From: Fidelibacterota bacterium
Lineage (GTDB): Bacteria; Fidelibacterota; Marinisomatia; Marinisomatales; TCS55
NCBI GenBank assembly: GCA_046861385.1
Contig: JBHHTW010000013.1
Coordinates: 25,493 to 57,492, forward strand
DNA: 32,000 nucleotides
Direction: 5' to 3'
A model generated the notes under the pieces. It saw only the letters and a program-made list of their open reading frames with translations. It was not told the DNA's origin and ran no database searches. Of this stretch, positions 26,299-32,000 are shown piece after piece. The stretch's first letter is position 1. Every line of letters begins with the position of its first letter. The position numbers and the translations under genes are program-made.

Positions 26299-28341
26299 AT
26301 GAAAAGTGGAATCATTTTTACCATTTTTCTTCATTTTGTACTCTATTCCGAGCATATGTTTGTAAAAGGCACATTTGATTTTGATCAAGATGGCAGGAGC
26401 GAAATATTGCTGTTTAATGAAAGCCGTCTTCGTTTTGTGGAAATAGATGACGAAGGTCAACATCAATTGCTTTGGGGACTGACTCCGGAATATTATTCCA
26501 TTAAGGATGCGTTTATAGTTGATTTACAAAACAATGGAATTAACGATTTAATTGTATTGACAGAATATTCTCCGGATTTCCTTTCGAAAAACACAGAATG
26601 GCTAAAACTATTTTCCTGGAGCCAATCCCAATTTGAATTAGTTGATGTTGAATTAATCAAAAATAAATTGATGCATCCAAATAATGGTGATTATGAGTCA
26701 ACCTCCAGAAGGCTTTCCATTGCCTTTGGGAATCCTTCCAGAACAGTTTTCTTTGTGCAGTTTAATGATGGCGGCACCACCGATACAATCAATGTTCAAT
26801 TACCTCAAAGTTTACATAATGGCATTGGACATCTATTTGCGCGTTTTATGAATGTTGACGGCGAATCCCACTTGGCAGTGTTTTCCAACGAAGGTAATTT
26901 ATTAAATACTGGTTTGTTTAAATTGGAAAAGGAACCGGTGATCATCGCAGAAAAATCACTCCCATTGAATAACGCCACCAACTTACCTGGACCAGCCATT
27001 TATAAAACCGATTTAGATGGAGATCACACAGACGAATTACAACTGCCGTTTATGAACGGAGTAGTACAAACTCTGGCTTTCGTGGACAATAATCTCACGT
27101 TGACTTTAAGTAAATTTAGCAGGAAAGAATTGTTTGTAGTTCCTGAGACCGCCTCCGCGGAAACGATCAATAACGTTTTAATATCCCGGGTAGAATCCGG
27201 ATTAATGAGTCAGCGCATTTCCGACGGTGTAGAATTGGAATCTATTGTTATTATTCCCAATGACACCTTATATCTCGGTGATACCTTATTTTATAGGGCG
27301 GTTGCGGGTACCGGAAGCGGTTTTTATAGTTTTCACTGGTTAAGCCCTCCTCCTGTCGGAGCGCGTTTCGATCCTACAACCGGTCTGATAACATGGGCGC
27401 CTTCACGAAGCCAACTCGGAATTCATGAATTTAAATATTTTGCTGAAAAAAGCCTGAAAGATGAATTGATTTCAGATGTTGATCTTTTTGGAGATCGTTA
27501 CCGCATGGTCCCCGTTATTGAGGAAAATGAACAAGTATATGCAGTGATCGTAAATGATACTGCAAAAACTCAAATTGTGTATAATCCGCCCAGAGATGAA
27601 CCATATATGATTATGGTTCAGACCACTGAAAAAAAAGAAGGTAAAAAACGATTTATCTTTAACGGGGTACCCTCTTTTCATGTAATAGTAAAAGAATTTC
27701 CACATCCAAATTATTTCCAGATTTCCCACTCAATTTCTGCAAATCTTGGTAGTGTGGAAAAAAATAAATCAGTAAACTTTTCTTATTCATCATCCAATCA
27801 AGATAGTATCATAAATTTGATGAAGCTCATTATCAATCATGACCTTAATAAAAATACAATTCAAGCCCGAATAGAACCTTCATTGGATACGACAACTATC
27901 AGCTTGAATCCGGAGAATTGGAAATCTGAATTGCAGACATATCCCGAGTATCATTTTAATGGATTTCCTGAGTCAATGCGCCTTGGAGAGTCTGACAAAG
28001 GTATTTCGTTATACGAAAATGAAAATAATCAAACATCCAATCAATCTTCTTTCATATCAATCCTGACTCCGAATGGAGGACACACACACACGATCTCTAT
28101 CGAGATGTCAGAGATGGAATTATGGAATATTAGAGGAGATGTAACGGTAGACAGCTCCGGCGGGAAAAGAATCAGGACCTCAATGACGTTTTCCGGAGAA
28201 TTTGATCTTTTGAGTGTAAGCGCAGAAACAAACGTTGAGATGGACTCTCTCAATCAAATAAGAGAAATGAAATTCAAGAGACTGGAATATTTAGGTGTTG
28301 AAAGTGTTGTTGTAGATTCCGGCGGAGCAGAAATGCAATGA
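26299..28341 (+). CDS. Secreted FG-GAP/VCBS-like plus single He_PIG (Ig-like) domain protein, paralogue of the next gene
   Basis: 680 aa. It has an N-terminal hydrophobic leader and a Ca-loop-like FDFDQDGRSEILL. One Ig-like unit is YSFHWLSPPPVGARFDPTTGLITWAPSRSQLGIHEFKYFAE (about 27270-27450). The N-terminus and Ig unit align with the downstream protein. Confidence 0.6.
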   Translation: MKSGIIFTIFLHFVLYSEHMFVKGTFDFDQDGRSEILLFNESRLRFVEIDDEGQHQLLWGLTPEYYSIKDAFIVDLQNNGINDLIVLTEYSPDFLSKNTEWLKLFSWSQSQFELVDVELIKNKLMHPNNGDYESTSRRLSIAFGNPSRTVFFVQFNDGGTTDTINVQLPQSLHNGIGHLFARFMNVDGESHLAVFSNEGNLLNTGLFKLEKEPVIIAEKSLPLNNATNLPGPAIYKTDLDGDHTDELQLPFMNGVVQTLAFVDNNLTLTLSKFSRKELFVVPETASAETINNVLISRVESGLMSQRISDGVELESIVIIPNDTLYLGDTLFYRAVAGTGSGFYSFHWLSPPPVGARFDPTTGLITWAPSRSQLGIHEFKYFAEKSLKDELISDVDLFGDRYRMVPVIEENEQVYAVIVNDTAKTQIVYNPPRDEPYMIMVQTTEKKEGKKRFIFNGVPSFHVIVKEFPHPNYFQISHSISANLGSVEKNKSVNFSYSSSNQDSIINLMKLIINHDLNKNTIQARIEPSLDTTTISLNPENWKSELQTYPEYHFNGFPESMRLGESDKGISLYENENNQTSNQSSFISILTPNGGHTHTISIEMSEMELWNIRGDVTVDSSGGKRIRTSMTFSGEFDLLSVSAETNVEMDSLNQIREMKFKRLEYLGVESVVVDSGGAEMQ

Positions 28342-31300
28342 TGAAGATTATCATACGGTTTTTATTGATGTTCAGCCTTCTTTTTGGAGCAGACCTTAAA
28401 ATTATTCACATGGAAGGAACCTTCGATTTGGACCAGGACGGTCTTTTTGAATTTGGGGCGGTTGAGGTCGGCCGGGAAAATGGATATTCTATTTCCATGC
28501 TGAGATATTATGAAATTGACGGAGACGGATATCAGCAGCTTAACTGGGAATTAGCAGCCCCGGATGGTCTTTTGGGTAATTTTGTTGGAATAAAACTCGG
28601 TGATCTAAATGGCGACGGTATGCCGGAACTCATAACCGTTATGAATCTGACGGACGGAACAGAAGAGCAAATACTGCATCCAATTGTTTTTTATTATTCC
28701 TGGGATGGCGCCGGCTTCAGTGAAGAGCCTACCGGTTCACTAAATTTATCCGAGCAAAACACCTTTCTTCGCTGCCACAATTTTGTTTTACTGGATAGAG
28801 ACAATGACGATGACCAGGAATTACTGGTTTCCTTAGGCAGTCCCGTACGGGGCTTGGCGATTGTGGATATCAATAGGAATGGTGAATTGGAAATAACCAC
28901 ACGTTTGGAACCTGAATCGATGCGATTTGGATCGGGCTTTGTTTATGGTGGAGTGATTGACTTTAATCGCGATGGTTATGATGACATTATTAGTTTCAGC
29001 CCAGAAGGGAATGTGATGAAAGCACAGCCATTTTTAAATAAAAAAGGTGTTTTTATTGAATCAAAAGCTGTCGTTAAAACCATTCCAGGGATAAACAGTT
29101 TCATCAATAATTCTATCACTTTAACCGATTGGGACAGTGATGGTTTTGCGGATGTTATCGTTCCTTTTCAGAGCGGTCATTTGGTTGCTCTCACGTTGTC
29201 CGATGCCGGTTTGGATATTGATGAAATTGACAATGACGCCGGTCCGCTCTCTGATGTGCGCGCGGCGGATTTTAATCATGACGGTTTTAGTGATTTACTA
29301 TTGGTCTCTGGTGAGATGAATATGATTACCCTTTCATTCGGAGCAAAAACGCCGGATGAAAAAAGTGAAAAATATTTTACGCTTACGGTAGACTCTGCGG
29401 AAGTCCAGGTGTTTTCTACTCTTCCAATGATAACCAATAGAATATATTCCGGAACGTCAATTGCTTCCGGTTGGGATGGAGAAACCACATCTATCTTTTT
29501 GACCGATCTTGGTTTATCTCCTCCTGTGGAGCCACCTTCTGTGCAAGATACTTTGGTTGAACCTGTGGATCTCTTAGAACTATTTCCTGAAATCGTTGGC
29601 ATGGATTTGGGGGGCAAGGGGATCAAACCCATCAAGTCTATAGGACAACCCCTTCCGGCTGGAATTCTTCCCAGGCACGTTTTACCCGTCGATCAGCTGT
29701 TTGTCTATTCCATTCCGGAAGATGAAGCGGAAAAATTTTATAGTTTCCGTTGGTTGATACCACCGCCAAAAGGCATGTTTTTCCATTACGAAACACGATC
29801 TATTCAATGGGTTCCGGACGGAGAACAATTAGGCGCGTACAAATTATCCTATCATGTCGAAATGAAAACCAGCGAAAAGGTGGAATTGGAATCTGTGGAC
29901 GAAGATTCATTATTAACTTATAAAGTAGTTCCACAGCTGGAGGGATATGATGAGAGATTGTGGATATACGTCAATGATCCACCGGAATTTATTTCGGAAC
30001 CCATGGAAACGGAATTTGTGGCACAATCTTTATTCACTTATCAACCGGTCATCAACGACAATAATTCCGATGCGAATATTCAGATAAATTTAGAAACAGG
30101 TCCTGACGGAATGGAAATGGATTCCTCCGGCGCCTTGTACTGGCAGACAGACAGCAGTCATGTGAATATTTATCATGTACGTTTAACTGCCACTGATGGC
30201 TTTGACAGAACAGTTCAGGAATTTCAATTATTTGCCCGTGCGGGCGTGAAAATACTTTCGGAACCGGATTCCATCATTCGGGTGAATGAATTGTTTAAAT
30301 ATCAGGTGGCTGTATGGCGGCCGGAACTGGACCAGGAATTAAAATACATCCTGCTTCATCACCCGGAAGGAATGTCATTATCTAAATCTGGATTGATTGA
30401 ATGGACACCGTCTGAAACACAAATTGATACACAGAATTTCGCTGTCATCGCGAACCACGGCGTTGCAGCTGATACACAGAACGTTGTTTTATATGTAAAT
30501 CATCCGCCGATTGTAGAACGGGCGCCCCCATTAATGAATGTAGTAAATTTGGGATATGTATGGGATTTCCAGTTGGAAGTGACGGATCCCAATATGAATA
30601 ATACGCTCACATTCACCGCGATAGAGATGCCCGAAAGTATGCGTATGGACCCATTTACCGGTCGCCTCCGCTGGGAGCCCGCAAGAAACGAAATGGACTT
30701 TGGTCATTTAAAATTAGAGGTGGATGACGGATATGATGTCCGTACGATCGAGTCAGATTTCTTTATTAATTCTCCTATTAAAATTGTTTCCATCCCCTTG
30801 ATGAAGGCAACAGTAGGAGAAGAATATAAATACAAAATTATGACAACAGATCTGAATAAAGGGACACTTTTACCCTATGATCATATTGTAAAATTGAACG
30901 ATATAGAAAAAGCCAAAATATATTCTGTAAATATTGCTGACGATGTATATAAGGAAAATGTGGATCGATACGTTGGTGAGTGGAATGCCGCAGAGGAGGT
31001 TTATCTCACTAGCCAGGGAGAAATGGAATCGGAAGAATTCAGCAGGTTAAACCTGAAGCATTATGTCCATTCAATCTTCTGGGAGGATGACCGGCTTGTG
31101 ATTGTTATTGAAGAAAAAGATGATAGGATCGTCAATATTAAGGATGTGTTGTGGGAGTTTTTCCAAGGCTCAAAAGGTAAACCGCCAAAAGTGATTGTTG
31201 AGCGCTTGAGTCCGGTACGATATACATTGGAGGAATTTCCCGATGGGATGGAAGTGGACGAGTTTAACGGCACTCTTCACTGGACTCCGGGAAAAGATCA

Positions 31301-32000
31301 ATACGACAATTTCTCCATCAAATTGGTGATTTCGGATGGTTACACAAAAGATGAACAGTCCTTTGAACTCTATGTAAATCATCCCGCTACCATTGTATCC
31401 CAGCCTCCGAAGCTGGCGCTTGTGGAAGAACTGTATAAATATCAGGTTCAGGTTGAAGACAAGAACCAGGACGCCGATCTCCATTATGAATTAGTTAAGG
31501 GACCCCAGGGCATGCAGATGTCCAACACGGGCAAGGTGGTTTGGATACCTAAATCTTCACAAATTAATAAGCATGAGTTTACAATTTCAATCTCGGATGG
31601 ATATCATGATGACACCCAAACGGGACGCATCAACGTTAATATACCGCCCACTATTATTTCGACCCCAAAACCTGTAGGTTTGACCGGGTACGAATATCGA
31701 TACCGCGTGGTGGCTGAGGATTTGAATAATGATAAAATTAAGTTTCGGTCTGTTCGTCTTCCGAAATACGCTTCATTTAATAAAAAGACCGGTTCTTTTA
31801 AATGGCGCCCCCGGAATAACCAGGTGGGTCCTCACGATATTATTATTACCGCCATCGATGAACGGGGAGCCGCAACAACCCATAAATTTCAGGTTCATGT
31901 ATTTGAAAACCCAGACGCCCGCCGTTTTGTAAATACCGGCTGGCCCCTGATGCTCACCTTTGTGGGGGTCATGTTCGCCTGGGGAGTGGCTCAGTTCTGA
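28338..32000 (+). CDS. Giant envelope protein: signal peptide, FG-GAP/VCBS-like repeats, seven He_PIG/cadherin-like Ig domains and a C-terminal TM anchor
   Basis: 1220 aa; the ATG overlaps the upstream TGA (ATGA). The signal peptide is MMKIIIRFLLMFSLLFGA. Repeated DxDxDG loops occur at about 28416-29306 (FDLDQDGLFE, DLNGDGMPELI, DFNRDGYDDII, DWDSDGFADVI, DFNHDGFSDLL). Seven units of the pattern Y.Y.v...d.....l.y.l...P.GM.....tG.l.W.P....g...f.i...DG follow. The terminal hydrophobic segment is WPLMLTFVGVMFAWGVAQF (31941-31997). Confidence 0.7.
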   Translation: MMKIIIRFLLMFSLLFGADLKIIHMEGTFDLDQDGLFEFGAVEVGRENGYSISMLRYYEIDGDGYQQLNWELAAPDGLLGNFVGIKLGDLNGDGMPELITVMNLTDGTEEQILHPIVFYYSWDGAGFSEEPTGSLNLSEQNTFLRCHNFVLLDRDNDDDQELLVSLGSPVRGLAIVDINRNGELEITTRLEPESMRFGSGFVYGGVIDFNRDGYDDIISFSPEGNVMKAQPFLNKKGVFIESKAVVKTIPGINSFINNSITLTDWDSDGFADVIVPFQSGHLVALTLSDAGLDIDEIDNDAGPLSDVRAADFNHDGFSDLLLVSGEMNMITLSFGAKTPDEKSEKYFTLTVDSAEVQVFSTLPMITNRIYSGTSIASGWDGETTSIFLTDLGLSPPVEPPSVQDTLVEPVDLLELFPEIVGMDLGGKGIKPIKSIGQPLPAGILPRHVLPVDQLFVYSIPEDEAEKFYSFRWLIPPPKGMFFHYETRSIQWVPDGEQLGAYKLSYHVEMKTSEKVELESVDEDSLLTYKVVPQLEGYDERLWIYVNDPPEFISEPMETEFVAQSLFTYQPVINDNNSDANIQINLETGPDGMEMDSSGALYWQTDSSHVNIYHVRLTATDGFDRTVQEFQLFARAGVKILSEPDSIIRVNELFKYQVAVWRPELDQELKYILLHHPEGMSLSKSGLIEWTPSETQIDTQNFAVIANHGVAADTQNVVLYVNHPPIVERAPPLMNVVNLGYVWDFQLEVTDPNMNNTLTFTAIEMPESMRMDPFTGRLRWEPARNEMDFGHLKLEVDDGYDVRTIESDFFINSPIKIVSIPLMKATVGEEYKYKIMTTDLNKGTLLPYDHIVKLNDIEKAKIYSVNIADDVYKENVDRYVGEWNAAEEVYLTSQGEMESEEFSRLNLKHYVHSIFWEDDRLVIVIEEKDDRIVNIKDVLWEFFQGSKGKPPKVIVERLSPVRYTLEEFPDGMEVDEFNGTLHWTPGKDQYDNFSIKLVISDGYTKDEQSFELYVNHPATIVSQPPKLALVEELYKYQVQVEDKNQDADLHYELVKGPQGMQMSNTGKVVWIPKSSQINKHEFTISISDGYHDDTQTGRINVNIPPTIISTPKPVGLTGYEYRYRVVAEDLNNDKIKFRSVRLPKYASFNKKTGSFKWRPRNNQVGPHDIIITAIDERGAATTHKFQVHVFENPDARRFVNTGWPLMLTFVGVMFAWGVAQF
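29688..31910 (+). repeat. Seven tandem Ig-like (He_PIG/dystroglycan-type cadherin-like) domain-coding units (protein-level repeat)
   Basis: The recurrent blocks are:
- YSFRWLIPPPKGMFFHYETRSIQWVP
- LETGPDGMEMDSSGALYWQT
- LLHHPEGMSLSKSGLIEWTP
- AIEMPESMRMDPFTGRLRWEP
- LEEFPDGMEVDEFNGTLHWTP
- LVKGPQGMQMSNTGKVVWIP
- RLPKYASFNKKTGSFKWRP
The units are diverged at the DNA level, so this is not a nucleotide repeat. Confidence 0.6.

Overview
The window looks like a chromosomal segment from a moderately AT-rich Gram-negative bacterium. The gene content suggests the FCB group: b558-type sdhCAB and an exbB-exbD-exbD-tonB cluster. Shine-Dalgarno sites are present, so it is probably not a classical Bacteroidia; this taxonomic guess is weak. 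All calls come from reading the translations by eye, with no searches run.

Most of the window is housekeeping. It holds purL (partial), purA, an AKR/ALDH pair, a small membrane protein plus a sodium:solute symporter, and a Smr protein. It also holds a glutamate-cysteine ligase, a DUF2231-like protein, sdhCAB, a TonB system, an S41 protease and a beta-barrel protein.

Two regions stand out:
1. nt 8427-15985 is a tightly coupled seven-gene operon. It encodes three secreted coiled-coil/TPR proteins, a canonical MotA/MotB stator, a strongly reduced FliF-like membrane protein and a FliG homologue whose FliM-binding EHPQR motif is degenerate. A strong terminator follows directly, and no export-apparatus, rod, hook, C-ring or filament gene lies anywhere in the 32 kb. 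I read this as a candidate flagellum-derived rotor-stator machine without an export apparatus. The alternative is an odd fragment of a dispersed flagellar regulon.
2. nt 26299-32000 encodes two translationally coupled paralogous giant envelope proteins. Each has FG-GAP/VCBS-like calcium-loop repeats, and the second also has seven He_PIG/cadherin-like Ig domains and a C-terminal hydrophobic anchor.

I recognised no rRNA, tRNA, CRISPR array or mobile element.
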